Assembly (NCBI RefSeq): GCF_009914755.1
Contig: NC_060927.1
DNA: 64,000 nt
Source: the human T2T-CHM13v2.0 reference genome, Homo sapiens
Direction: 5' to 3' (one strand)
Below the pieces are notes generated by a model that made no database searches, was not told the DNA's origin, and was given only the letters and a program-made list of their open reading frames with translations. Numbering within the stretch: position 1 is the stretch's first letter; each line of letters opens with the position of its first letter. The position numbers were made by a program, and so were the translations under genes. Positions 29,489 through 44,202 of this stretch are shown piece by piece.

Positions 29489-29636
29489 TTATTTATTTAA
29501 ATTTTAGCTTTTAAGTTCAGGGGTACAAGTGCAGGTTTGTTACAGAGGTGAGCTTGTGCCATGGGGTTGGTTGTACGGTTTATTTAATCACCCAGGTATT
29601 AAGCCTAATATCCATTAGTTGTTTTTCCTGATCCTT
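29489..29636 (-). mobile_element. Short L1PA (older, PA13-16-like) 3' end
   Basis: ttttaagttcaggggtacaagtgcaggtttgttaca...cacccaggtattaagcct...tttttcctgatcct. Confidence 0.8.
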
Positions 29637-31147
29637 ATAGCAAATATTACCCCCACAAAGTTTTATGGTTGCTTTTTTCTTATCTTCTGATTAGTGCCAT
29701 TAGATTCACAAATTGAAATTATTTTTCGGTAGTTTAATTCCCTCTAGAAGGTTTAAAAAATGTTTCCTAATTTCCTAAGTCTTCTTTCTTTGTTAGTCTT
29801 CTAAAAACTATATTAAATAGAATTCATGTACTCAGGTACACTTTCACTAAAAGCATACCTTCAACATTTGCCCTGTTTAAAGGTTCTTAAGGTGTTAAGG
29901 AACATTAGGTATCAGAGTTTATGGCATTTGATTAATCTGAATAAAGCTTGGCATCAAATTGAATTCAGCAAAAGTAACAGTGATAAATCAAAGAGCAATA
30001 TTTGAAATGTCTCCATCGAACATTTTAAAACAATTTTTAAGTTCACTAATTTGAGTCATTACACTTGGCCCTAATATAGTAGATTTTTAAGTGAAGCTCA
30101 GTCGAACTTGGCAGATATCATATACACACTTTTAATAGTCATAACAATTCCTGTACCTCATTTGGAAAAAGATTATTTCCAGAGCATCAGTGCTTTGACC
30201 AGAAAGGCATTTATTATTCTGTAACACTTTTCTTGAGAAATTAGCATGATTTATCATTTGAGTACGCTCTCTCAGATAGGATTCTAATATTTGAGTGTGA
30301 ATAAAACTTCAGGGCATTGAAAGCAGCTGGAAGATAGATAAAAGGGAGATCATCCTCTCTTGTCATTCTTTATCAAGGTCCTCTTTAATTATTGGCTTAA
30401 ACAGCTATAACTTTATGGTGAAACAAACTTCTTGGATATAGCATTAAAGGTTGAAATAATGAATTATACATAAATCTATTTAGTTCAGTTATATTCTGTT
30501 GAATTGGAAGAAAATCCAATTTTTAAATTTCTCTGCATTCTTGAAGTTAGGAATAAAAGCTGGTGTGGGGTCTCCTGAAATAATGAGGTCTAGAATAATT
30601 TCTGTTGTTAAATTTACTTTTTAGCAGGATAAGTCTACTAAAATCAATATGAATGGAACCTTCAATGTACCACTTAAGATAATTAATCTTTGAGAGGTTA
30701 AGTAACTATTACAAGGTAGTTTACCTAATTAGCAACTAAGCCAACCAATTTTTAGATTTCTTAACTTTAAGACTATTGCTCACATAGTCACGTAAAGTAT
30801 ATCTTCCACATAGTCACAGGCAATCACAAGCTAACACAAGCAGGTAGCACAAAATATATGTTCCACACAGAATGCAGAACAAAAAAAGACACTTTTAAAA
30901 TCCTTTTCCCTTTTCCAAATTCATATTTAAAAAGTTTCTTGTGGAATTTCCCAAATGCCAGCATGGCCACATACAATACAGATTGATTACTTAGACCTCT
31001 AATGAGAAACACTTAGAATTATGCTAAACAAGGAACACTCTGTATTGATTTAACAAATTCTCCTCTTTCTACTTATAGTTTCTCCTAAAATAAAACGTAA
31101 CATGTTTGTCTTGTTTGGAGTCTGTATAGAAAAAGTGTGATAACTGA

Positions 31148-31529
<382 letters not shown>

Positions 31530-31945
31530 TCTATTTAAGTTAGCTCTGTCCAGGGCAAACCAGCATTTCAAAAATACAAACTGTTTTTGCAAAAAGCAGT
31601 TATACACCTATCCATAGTGCAGACATTATGTCTACTTATTTCTCTGTAAATAGATCTTTCATTTTAACAAGTACTTCACCTTCACAAAATTTAGTGTGAG
31701 TCAGTGAACTCTTATCCAGATGCTGTATCTTCTTGGCCAGACCATCAAGAATTAAGCCTCACAGGCAGGTTGTTTCCATTCCTTTAACAAAGTTCATCAG
31801 TCCTGGGTTACTTCTTGATTTGCTGCCAGTGGCATATAATGATGACTGAGCCAAGTCAGTTCCCAGAGCTGGACTCTTTTTCTTTTTTCTTATACACAGG
31901 AAACTTCTTTTCCAAGAATGCTTGTTCCAGTTGCTCACAGTCTCC

Positions 31946-32107
31946 ATAGCTGATGATTATAGAACGATCTATGTACTTTCAATGTACCTTCAAACATGAG
32001 ATCTGCAGCTGGTTAAGACGTGTGTGTGTGTGTGAGATAGCTGATGATTATACAATGATCTGTGTACTTTCAATGTACCTTCAAACATGAGATCTGCAGC
32101 TGGATAA

Positions 32108-32146
<39 letters not shown>

Positions 32147-32414
32147 TAGCTGATGATTATAGAATGATCTATGTACTTTCAATGTACCTTCAAACATGAG
32201 ATGTGCAGCTGGATAAGACGTACGTGTGTGTGTGTGTGTGTGTGATAGCTGATGATTATAGAATGATCTATGTACTTTCAATGTACCTTCAAACATGAGA
32301 TCTGCAGCTGGATAAGACATGTGTGTGTGTGTGTGGAGGGGGGGTAGCTGATGATTATAGAATGATCTATGTACTTTCAATGTACCTTCAAACATGAGAT
32401 CTGCAGCTGGATAA

Positions 32415-32455
<41 letters not shown>
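31946..32455. repeat. Compound tandem repeat: 5 x 74-bp core, each followed by a variable (GT)n tract
   Basis: Core ATAGCTGATGATTATAGAATGATCTATGTACTTTCAATGTACCTTCAAACATGAGATCTGCAGCTGGATAAGAC at 31946, 32037, 32146, 32245 and 32344. Confidence 0.97.
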
Positions 32456-32457
<2 letters not shown>

Positions 32458-32942
32458 GACTTAAACCGTTCATTGAATAAGAAGCCTGGTTGATAGTATA
32501 AGGAGAGAGTTAGAAGAACAGGGAATTATTTGGTTTAAGGAATTGTGAAGAAAGGTGCTGTGCCATTAAAATTTTTCTATACTTTTGTGTTAAATCTTAA
32601 TTTTTTGCAGAATTTACTAAGCTGCAGGAAACTGTCAAAATTCACGTTTGCTAAGTTCCATATTGCTTTGTAATTATCTTAAAACAAAACTTGCTTGATA
32701 CCAAAGTACAATTGTTGCTCTAGCTTTCATAAATTGAGACTGGTCTTTTTCTCACCCTCCACATACCTGTGGCTGGAAGCTGAGGTGGTTGTTCTTGGTT
32801 CCCATTACAACTTCTAGACTGTTAATTTCTCCCCTCCTTGCAAATTGTACTGTTCCTTTGAAACTCAAACCCCTTGGAAATATCAGCCATGCCCCTTTGG
32901 TATTGCCATCATCAACAGACCTCCTTCCTGGGCACTCTTGTC

Positions 32943-33235
32943 TTTTTTTTTTTGAGATGGAGTCTTGCTCTGTCACCCAGGCTGGAGTATAATGGTGTGA
33001 TCTCGGCTCACTGCAACCTCCTCCTCCCGGTTTCAAGTGATTCTCCTGCCTCAGCCTCCTGAATAACTGGGATTACAGGTGCACACCACCACACCCAGCT
33101 AATTTTTGTATTTTTGGTAGAGACTGGGTTTCACCATGTTGGCCAGGCTGGTCTCGAACTCCTGACCTCAGGTGATCTGCCTGCCTCAGCCTCCCAAAGT
33201 GCTGGGATTACAGGCGTGAGCCACTGCACCTGGCC
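32943..33235 (-). mobile_element. AluS (Sx-like)
   Basis: Full dimer with cctgacctcaggtgatc and a short TSD TCTTGTC on both sides. Confidence 0.93.
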
Positions 33236-33299
33236 TCTTGTCATTTATTTAAGGCTTTAGATCTTTTGCTCAATATCATCTTCAGGCAAGTTCAGCCAT

Positions 33300-35190
<1,891 letters not shown>

Positions 35191-38100
35191 TATAGACCAC
35201 TAGGTCCAGTGGAGTCCACAGTCTATTCACTTCATGTAGTTTCCGAGAAACAAAGGTTTCTCAACGTATATTAATGAATGAGATATGGGCCAGGGTATAT
35301 AGTCTGGCTGGAGATCTGGCTTAACTTTGAGTTCACTTGAGAGGGTATCAGTGTAAGCAGGAGTGGTTTTACTCACTTCAAGAATTGCATGGTGTTTAGG
35401 AGGAAAAATCACCCTGCTTCTCTGGAGAGACTTTAGGGCTCTGTGGCTCCTGTGGGCTCTCAAACTATTGGAAGATTACTACTAAATCTGAGGAGTTTTC
35501 AGGTCTCTTAGTTATATTCATTTAAACTTAGACGTAGATGATTTGTCACTATTTTAATTTGTTTTTCACTGAAAAGTCAGTCTGAATATAGAGCCTTATT
35601 TCATTCAGATCAGAAAAACTGGGTTACTGTGAAATCTGTTTATCTATAATTTTTAAGTAAGTACAATTTTATAAACCAGTTATTCCTAACTTGAGAGGCC
35701 TGGAGGATTTATTACAATATGTATTTCAGGGCCACATCTGCAGAAGTTGTGATACAACATTTCCTTACTAATACCCCTGACAGCACATTTTAGCAGGCAT
35801 CGTGTGTTATTCAGAAGCAGAACGTTTATGCACTACACTTTGGGAGGGAGAAGTGCGTGTTATGTTACCATTTAAAGATGCCTGGTTCTTGTGGGGCAAA
35901 TTGGCAAATGATTTATCTGAACTAATGGCAGAGTGGAATTTTAATACTTTAGAGTTTTCAGGAATCTTAGAGCTGTTTTCATTTGTCTCATACATAGAGC
36001 CTGAACCTTGAAGACATTAATTAATTTGTCACAGAAATTAAATGGGGTCAAAATTTACATTTCCAACCCATGTCTGTGCTCTTCATTCTAAAGCACGATG
36101 GCCTAGAGTCATATTTTAACCTCTAAGTTTTATCTTATTAAAAAATAAAATAAATAATTTTAAATACATGCATGTGTTATATCTATATATACAATTTATA
36201 TACATTACAATATTAATTTGAATTACACAAGACTTTGGACATCACTATTAAAGGCCAGGTACAGTTTAGACTGAGATAAGCCCTGCCTGTGAGAATTTAC
36301 TAAGGTCAAAAAGACTCCTTTTAATAGTGACTCAGTGGCACCTAGTCTAAGGACAAAGGCTCCAGTATACATCTTAATCTAAGTTATTACTGAATGTGAG
36401 TCATGTGATGGCTTCTAATGAAAATTTTCCATTGAAAAAAATCAATGTTAATAACTGGAACTCGAGAGCTGTAATGGGCTCTGCTGTGTTTTTCTGGCTT
36501 AGACTGTGTGCTGTAATATGCTAAGAAGAGGAATTGATGACCCATGAGCTCTGGTGACTTCCTGATCTCATTTGATTCTTTGGTCTTTAGTTTTAAAAGG
36601 GTGATCAGAGAGGTTGCTTTATAATGGAGAAGTTGAACAAAAGGACCATCAACCTGCAGGCTCACTGGCACAGCCCAAGTTTCACTGGATAAGCATTTCA
36701 GTAAAGAGGACTATTGCCAACAGCAATACTTGCAGGGAAGCTTTGTTCCAGAGAGGATTTTTTTTTTTTTTAAAGAAGCTGCTAGAAAAACTGACACTAG
36801 AAGCTAACTAGAGTCACTCTTTCTAGATAACAATGAAATTGCCAGTCTGAAGACATTACTTACCTAGTTACAGAAGTGGACTTTATTTAAGAACCAACTT
36901 TATACATACATAATATACCTAGGCTTGTTGGTCAAGTTGGCTGGCTGGGGAAGAATAAAACCATCTAGAAGATCCACATGACGAGTGGAACCATTCGGGG
37001 AGGGCAGACAGATACCTGATGCTGGCCACAGATAGAAGCCAGAGATGCTCTGTGATTGAAGTGGTTCTAATACCTGGAAACTTCGATTTGCTCTTATAAC
37101 GTGTTCTAAAGCCATTTAATTCAGGACTACCCTTCCTGGTTGGTACCTGTAGATGTAATGCATCTCTTAAACTGTGGGGGTATTACTCTAGGCTCCATCG
37201 GACAACTACCTGGAGATAGGTTGTGGAGCCTCCAGACTCCACAACACATTTCACAGAGCTGTTTACTCCAAAACACTTGCCTAATTAAACTAATGTAGCT
37301 ATTGGATAAGACGAGAAGTAATACGCGAACATTCTTAAAGTCTGTTCTCTTTTGCCTTGTGACCTTAAACATTTGAAAGACCAAGATGAACACTATTGAA
37401 TGGAATTGTGTTTCCATCATCATAACAAATCTGAAAGCCTAAGTTTTACCTCTCTGTTCACTGCATATCCAATCTGTTTTATGTGCAGAAGAGCACAATG
37501 GGCTCAACTATCCAGGCTTTAGGAGTTATTTTAATCTTTAAAGAGCAATAGGTACAAGTAAAAGTACATACATAAAGTAGGCATTTAATATTTAATTTTT
37601 ATTCTCATATGCACGAAAAGGGTGTTCCAAAAGAAGATTAGAGAAGTCCATGGCATGTCTTTATGGTTAATGTTACTTTATGTTTTGGTTCATCTACCAT
37701 GCTTCTTACAAATTACTTGTTTTATCTTTCATGGAAAATTTTTTTTAAATGAATTGAGTTTACTTTTCATCAGCACAATTGTTGACTAATACCAAAGTTA
37801 GTTAGAAGGTTATGATTTTTATATTTATAGAATGGCAGGGGCAGCATTTAGATCATACATCATAGTAACTTGGCATTTATGAAATATTAGTTTTCCATAA
37901 ACATCAACTCAGAGAGGAAGGTTACATTTTTTTAAATTATAATAACATTTTGAAAACCATCTGTCCTTTAAAATGTTACTAAAATATATATTGGAACTGG
38001 TGTTTTAGATGCCAGTCCTTCCTGAAAAGTGTTTTGAGATTTTTTTCAAATACTGCCTCAGTTCTATATAAAATAGTAAAAATTCTGCCTTTTAAAATGA

Positions 38101-38287
38101 CTACTGGATGTAGGTAAGAAGAAGTTAAGGAAATATTACATAAAAATAAATTTGCAAAAGTAATTTACTGAAGGATTATTTACACTTTGATGAGTGGATC
38201 TGGATATTTTCATACTAAGTGAAAGTGGTTCCACTATAATTATAAGAGAACAAAGTTCTGCAAGTAGAAATTAAAAGAATGTATATA

Positions 38288-38366
38288 GGCCAGGCACGGT
38301 GGCTCGTGCCTGACCTCAGGTGATCCTCCTGCCTCAGCCTCCCAAAGTGCTGGGATTACATGCATG
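38288..38366. mobile_element. Chimeric Alu remnant (sense head fused to antisense left-arm piece)
   Basis: ggccaggcacggtggctcgtgCCTG (+) joined to CCTGacctcaggtgatcc...gggattacatgcatg (-). Confidence 0.85.
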
Positions 38367-38487
38367 TTAAGTGGTACTCTAATTATATCAGTAATTTAAA
38401 CCTCAAAAGAGATTCATCATGTACACAAAATTAAACTTGTGTAATTAAATTTATAAGTAAAATTAATTGAAGAAATCAAAAAACACA

Positions 38488-38762
38488 AGGTGGCTCACAC
38501 CTGTAATCTCATTGCTTTCGGAAGTCTAGGTGGGAGGATCCCTTGACCTAAGGAGTCTGAGACCAGTCAAGCAACATAGTGGGACCCTATCTCTATAAAA
38601 AAATTAGCCGGGGATGGTGGTGCGTGCCTGTAGCCTGAGCTACTCGAGAGGCCGAGGCAAAAGTATCACTTTGAGCCTAGGAGTTGGAGTCTGCAGTGAG
38701 CTATGATCACACCACTGCACTCCAGCCAGAGCAACAGAGGGAGACTTTAAAAAATAAATAAA
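38488..38762 (+). mobile_element. AluJ (Jo/Jr-like), lacking the first ~10 nt
   Basis: ggtggctcacacctgtaatc...gcaacatagtgggaccc...gcagtgagctatgatcacaccactgcactccagcc. Confidence 0.9.
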
Positions 38763-39054
38763 TCACAAAACACTTGTAATTCCAAATCCAGATATATAAA
38801 TATTTATATAAACACACGTTATCCATAGTATATGTATGATAAAATATACTTGTATGTTCAACTTGGGAAAGGCTGTTGATTTTAGAAACTAATAATTCTG
38901 TTGCCTTATGCTCTAATGATTTTCAATTTGAAGATGTATTTGGGATCAAATACTTGAGCCTCCATACACAAGACATCTTTTTTTCCCTCTTCTCAGCATC
39001 AGTTTTTGGCTGATTGTTGGACTACAATTGGGAGATCTAGAACTAAATTCCTGC

Positions 39055-39310
39055 TTAGTGTTTACTTGTTCAGAGCATAGGCTTTGAAATCGTCCTGTTT
39101 TGTCTCAGTCTCCACAAGAGTACCCATAACCTGATGACTAGGGGATCGTGTAGCATTTCTCTAAGCCTTGTTTTTCTTAGCTGTGAAGTGGTAAATGTTG
39201 AAAGTGCTTTGTTCATAGGATTTCTGTGAAAACTAAATTGGGTAAAGAATGTAAGGCATTTAGCACAGTAAAATAACCTGGATTACAGTAACTTTTCATG
39301 GAGTGTTTAT
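39055..39310 (+). mobile_element. MIR fragment
   Basis: agagcataggctttgaaatc...ctctaagccttgtttttcttagctgtgaagtgg...gtaaggcatttagcacagt. Confidence 0.55.
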
Positions 39311-40721
39311 TGGTACTTAAACTGTCACTGTCATCAAAATTCTGTTTTTACATATGAACTTAGAAATGTCATTGTAACATTCTTAACTCATTTGGTCATT
39401 TAAAATGGAGAGGTTGAGTTAGATGTTTCTTAAATTTCTCTTTAGCTCTGATACTATGAGTCTGAAGTTAAGTAATGCAAAGTTGGTAATTAAATCTTCC
39501 CCTTTCATGATGTAGGAGAAAGGGAGAAAGAAAACTTCTGGGTGACTGGATTCCCTTGCAAGTTTATTAGAATTGTAATTATGCAGCATTTTGAATAAAG
39601 CATTCATTCTGGAAATTATTAAGTTTACTTTTCTTAACTCCGTATTTTGTCAACTGTGGAAAAATTGGGATTTAGGAGTAACCTCTGATTTAAAATTCCA
39701 TCTGCTAACCATTTAAATTGTAGTCTTGTAATTTCCTAACTTTGGTCTTGAAGGTGTTTATCATTCTTATGCATTATTATACTGTATTATATATTTATGC
39801 AACATAAAATGTATAGTTTTAACTATTGTACATGTTTACATATGAAAGGTATAGTTTTGAACTTATCATTATTCAATTTGCTAGTTTTGCTTCACTATTC
39901 ATTTTTGACACTTATCCATATTAGTACATGCAACTCAAGTTTATTCTTTAGAGCTACTGTGTATCATTCAAATGTATGAATAAATAACCTTGCTTTGGTG
40001 GACATTTAAGTATTTTCATATATCAATATGAAAAGCAGTTTCAAAATGAACATTCAAATATACATTGTCATATATATGTATAATATTTGTATATATGAAA
40101 GTTCCTGTGGGTTATATATCTGAAATCAAAATTACAAGTGTTTTGTAATGTCTATAATTAATTTTACTATCAATTTTAAGTAAATAAGATTAGTTTTTGC
40201 ACATGATGAATCTCTTTATTCAGTTAATTACTGACATAATTAGAATACCACTTAAAACTTGAGAATATTTTCAAAGGTATTTATGCTAAACTTACATAAA
40301 TGTGTTGAAAAGTCCTTTTGTATATATGTAGAGATTACATGGTATGTTAAATTCATCAATTTGCCTAAATATCAAGTTATACTTAAGTAGTGTCCATACA
40401 CAATTTTTTTGCTTGACTGAACTCCAATATGTATATTGGGAGTACTTTTTAACATTCATGGTTAAATGGCCTGTTTTGGAAAATGATATTAAAAATGTGA
40501 TTCAGATGAATGCTTAGAATAAAGATTAAAGATGAATGAGCTTTCATATTAATCATCAATATGACAATCCTAAAGGGAAGCATGATTTTCAAATGTACCT
40601 CCTTGTAAGCAGGATAATTCAGAAATGCACAATGCATATTAGATATGGGATTTGAGTCGTAGTATATTTCTCTAAGAATGTAATTTATTGTACTTTCACA
40701 TCCACCCCACTCAATATGCAG

Positions 40722-40843
40722 AGTTTAAGATGCAATGGCCAGAAGACATGAACGTGTCACTAGAAGGATGTGGACATGGGCTCCGGGACTGTTGATGATG
40801 ACTGTGGTGTTTTGGGGTCATCAGGGGAATGGACAAGGCCAAG
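40722..40843 (+). other. ROBO2: ROBO2a exon 2 (13 nt 5' UTR + 109 nt CDS)
   Basis: Acceptor tatgCAG| at 40721 and consensus donor AAG|GTAAGT at 40843/40844. Confidence 0.88.
40735..40843 (+). CDS. ROBO2: Roundabout homolog 2, isoform ROBO2a, first coding exon (N-terminal leader/signal peptide; partial CDS, phase-1 end)
   Basis: Manual translation from gcaATGg gives MARRHERVTRRMWTWAPGLLMMTVVFWGHQGNGQGQ+G, recognised as the ROBO2a N-terminus that splices to GSRLRQEDFPPRIVEHP. It has a basic N-region followed by a hydrophobic core. Confidence 0.92.
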
Positions 40844-41078
40844 GTAAGTGCAAGGATGTTCTAATTCTTTGAGAGTTGGATGCGAATTTCACTTTATGAT
40901 GATATTATGTGAGTCTTTGGTTCGACGTTTAAGCAATTTGTTGTAATTTTCCCCCAGGTTTTTCTTACACGGTATTGTAATGCCTCTGCACCAGTTAAAT
41001 TGAAATAGAATTATGTGTGAGTAAATGCATCAAAATTGAAGCCATCTTTCTGAAATTGGCTTTTATCTGTTGGAATTG

Positions 41079-41082
<4 letters not shown>

Positions 41083-41109
<27 letters not shown>

Positions 41110-41143
41110 GAGGTATTATGAGGCTATGTGTGTGTGTGTGTGT
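41083..41143. repeat. (TA)n and (TG)n microsatellites
   Basis: Runs visible directly. Confidence 0.9.
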
Positions 41144-42191
41144 TTTGGGTGGGCGGGTATGCGTATGAGTTTGTGTTTGTGGTATTTTATAAGAACACGT
41201 AGCATATAAAGTTTTTGTGATTTTGAAGAAAAGTTTTTGGATGTTTGTTTATTTTCTTTAGGGTTTTTGTGTTTTACATTTTAAAATTTCAAGAACCTAT
41301 TCTTAAAGGATGTGATGTTCTTTAGAAATTAAATGAAAAATGTGATGTTTCTCATTCTTCCGCCAAGTGTATTTAGGGGAAATTAATGATAGAGTGGAGC
41401 TGTAAGGTTGTGGCATCCTGAAATGTCTGTTGGAGAGTAGAAAAGGGCCATAGATTTTGTAATAAGGCTTTCAATACTGATTTGATCAATAGCTGTATGG
41501 AGTGGTTTGTGCCAAATCTAGTATCTCTGAGTGTATTTTGTGATAAGTATTGTTTTTGGAGGTGTGTTGGAGGTTTTGGAGGTGTGTTTTGGAGGATTAT
41601 TATTTTTGGAGGTGTGTTGCCTGCTCAGATACAAATTGCATTTCCGTATTTTATGTGATAAAACATCCTGACACCCCTGAAATTTTCTTTTCCTTTTGGG
41701 GCAAGTATATTTGGCATTTTTTCCGCATTTTTAAGGCTTGAAATGAAATCTGTAAGCAGGAAGTTCACAGAGTTTATTTCAAGGGATAGGTGTATTACTC
41801 CAGATAAAATTGAAAGTGTGCAGTGTTATTATATAATTGTGATGAAGTTGAGCTTTGCTAGTTTGAAGTATCTAATAAAGTTTAACACTTTTTAAAAGAT
41901 CCTTCAAAAAGAGCAGTTTTCTTGCCATATGTAATATTGTTCAATGAATTTTTGAAATGAAATAGATATTTTTCAAAACCACAAATGCATGTGTGCCTTT
42001 GTATATGAATAGTTGTATATACATGTAAGCAGATAATACATTTTGTTAATTAAGATCAGCTTTGATTTTAATTTTTCTTTCATGCCATTCAGAATTTATA
42101 TTAGCATCTAATAGAATTCTCATTTTTCTTTTTTGTGATAAAACTAATGTAAAATATATTTAATACACATAGTAGTTTTTTCACCAAAGGT

Positions 42192-42505
42192 CTAAAACAA
42201 GAATATGTAGACAGTAGCCACGTTGGGTTTCTGTGGCTGTAAGAGTTGTTTATTTCTCTGGTAATGTGTAGAATTACTAAAATGCAGCATCACAACTGTT
42301 TCTCTGTAATAGTGATCCAGCATGACGTGTAGTATGACACAGGGTTGCTGAAACAAGAATATGTAGACAGCCGCGTTGGGTTTCTGTGGCTATGAGTTGT
42401 TTATTTCTCTGGTAATGTGTAGAATTACTAAAATGCAGCATCACAACTGTTTCTCTGTAATAGTGATCCAACATGACATGTAGTATCACACAGGGTTGCT
42501 AAAAC
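42192..42505. repeat. Tandem duplication of ~155 bp (2 copies)
   Basis: Copies 42192-42347 and 42348-42498 are highly similar. CT(A/G)AAAC occurs at all three junctions. Confidence 0.95.
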
Positions 42506-44202
42506 CTTCCTCTGACCATCATTTCCAGTAATTGTGGCTTGTTTTAGATGAGGAATAGGTTACTAGATATTTAAAATATTTGAGAAAAATAGGTATCTTC
42601 TCTCTTATTTACCCAAACCCTTTTATTTACTCAATATTGATTGCTCAAATATTCTATCTTTCATTGGGGACCATCATTTATTAAAAAACGGCCTGAAATC
42701 AATTCCAAGTCTAGCTGTAGTAAAGCTTCTAGTGGGAAATGCAAGTTAAGTAATTTGTTTTCTTTCTAAAAGGATAAATTAAAATAGACAATGATTCAAA
42801 GAACAAAACAACTTAATAGAAAACTTAATGGAATGCTTTGATATTATGATTCAGGCAATTTTGCTTCCTTTGTGGTAGCTAGATTGAGTGAAGGAGATTG
42901 CTTAGGTATAATGAGCAAATCTTATAATTGCAAGTATAACCCAAGCTGCATATCATCATTTAGATCAATAAGCCTCATTAAATATTAAATATTACCTTTT
43001 AACTTTTATGCAATTAAGCAGAATTTAAAAATAAAAGTTTTAAAAATTAAAGTTTTTATTACTAAATATCTTTTAAAATACAAATCTCATAGCTCCTTAT
43101 TATTGTCAAGAAAAGAATACATGAAAATTTATAAATAAGGTTTTCTCTCTATTAAGTTTACAATCTTGCATTAAATATTGGTTATTGTGACCCGCAATGT
43201 CCAAGATTATGATTAAGTATCAGTGAAGTGTGACTCCTGCAGCAAATATGCATGCAAATGTTATAAGATTATTTTCACATTATTTCACATAATTTCTTAA
43301 GCATAATAGTATGAGTAAATTATACTTTCTACACAACCTCTTCATATTTATGAATAGACTATGTTCTAAATGTTTAAGTCACTGGGGAGTCCCAATGTTC
43401 CTTCCTAGAGAAACCGTGTGAGAAATTGTAGCTAAGTTAAAAAAACGGAAGACAAAAAACGATTTAACGAGGAATGTAGATTAATATCATAGTATATCTC
43501 AACTCTGTGCAACCACTACTTATAAAAAATGATATAAGAAATGCAGTCTGAAATCTGAATTCTAAATAAGAATGTAGGGCCATTATCCCTCTGGGGCCCT
43601 TAGGGTCAAAATAAGAGAAAAGGGATGAATGGTGGGTTGGAAGTAAGTCAATGATCCTTGTCAATTTTTTGTATCTGTGAAGAAAAGCATCTGCTTGAGG
43701 ACATCCATTTTCCTACTTCTGAGTTACAGAATAATAGGTGCTTATCCTGAGTGTAACATTCCCTGACGTGGACTCTGTCTGTGTCTATGCTGCTTAGGTG
43801 GTTTGTGCATGAGAAAGTGTTTAACATCTGAAAATGGAGACAATCCTTAGAGAAAGATATATATGAATTTTAAAAGGAAATATACCTACAATGGAAATAA
43901 AACAAATAACATAAATATCTAGCTGTATTTTGTCTTTTTGGTAACTATTACAATATATACATTTTCAAATAACTAAGTTCAGCACTGACTTTGGGAGAAT
44001 CTAGATAAAACTGAACTGACATATAATAAGCATGGGTGTAATTAATGGCACAGCGGGCAAAACCATGGGGGTGTTTCCTGAGAAAGAGGGACTATAGAGA
44101 GGCACCAGAAAACCCAACTCATTTACAGGATTCTGGGGAGTGCCAGCAGCAGTTATTATATTCAGAACCAAGAACTTATTTCTAACTCAGCAACCCATAG
44201 TT

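Noticed and set aside
31946-32455. CRISPR-like repeat-spacer appearance, and the 130-aa minus ORF 32081-32473
   Set aside because: The DNA is human, the repeats are 74 bp, the spacers are simple (GT)n rather than unique sequence, and there are no cas genes. The ORF is just the repeat translated.
36400-37430. Repeat-free, slightly higher-complexity stretch with several 65-98 aa ORFs
   Set aside because: No recognisable protein similarity, no convincing splice-site pair and no poly-A/TSD. It could be regulatory but this cannot be supported without conservation data.
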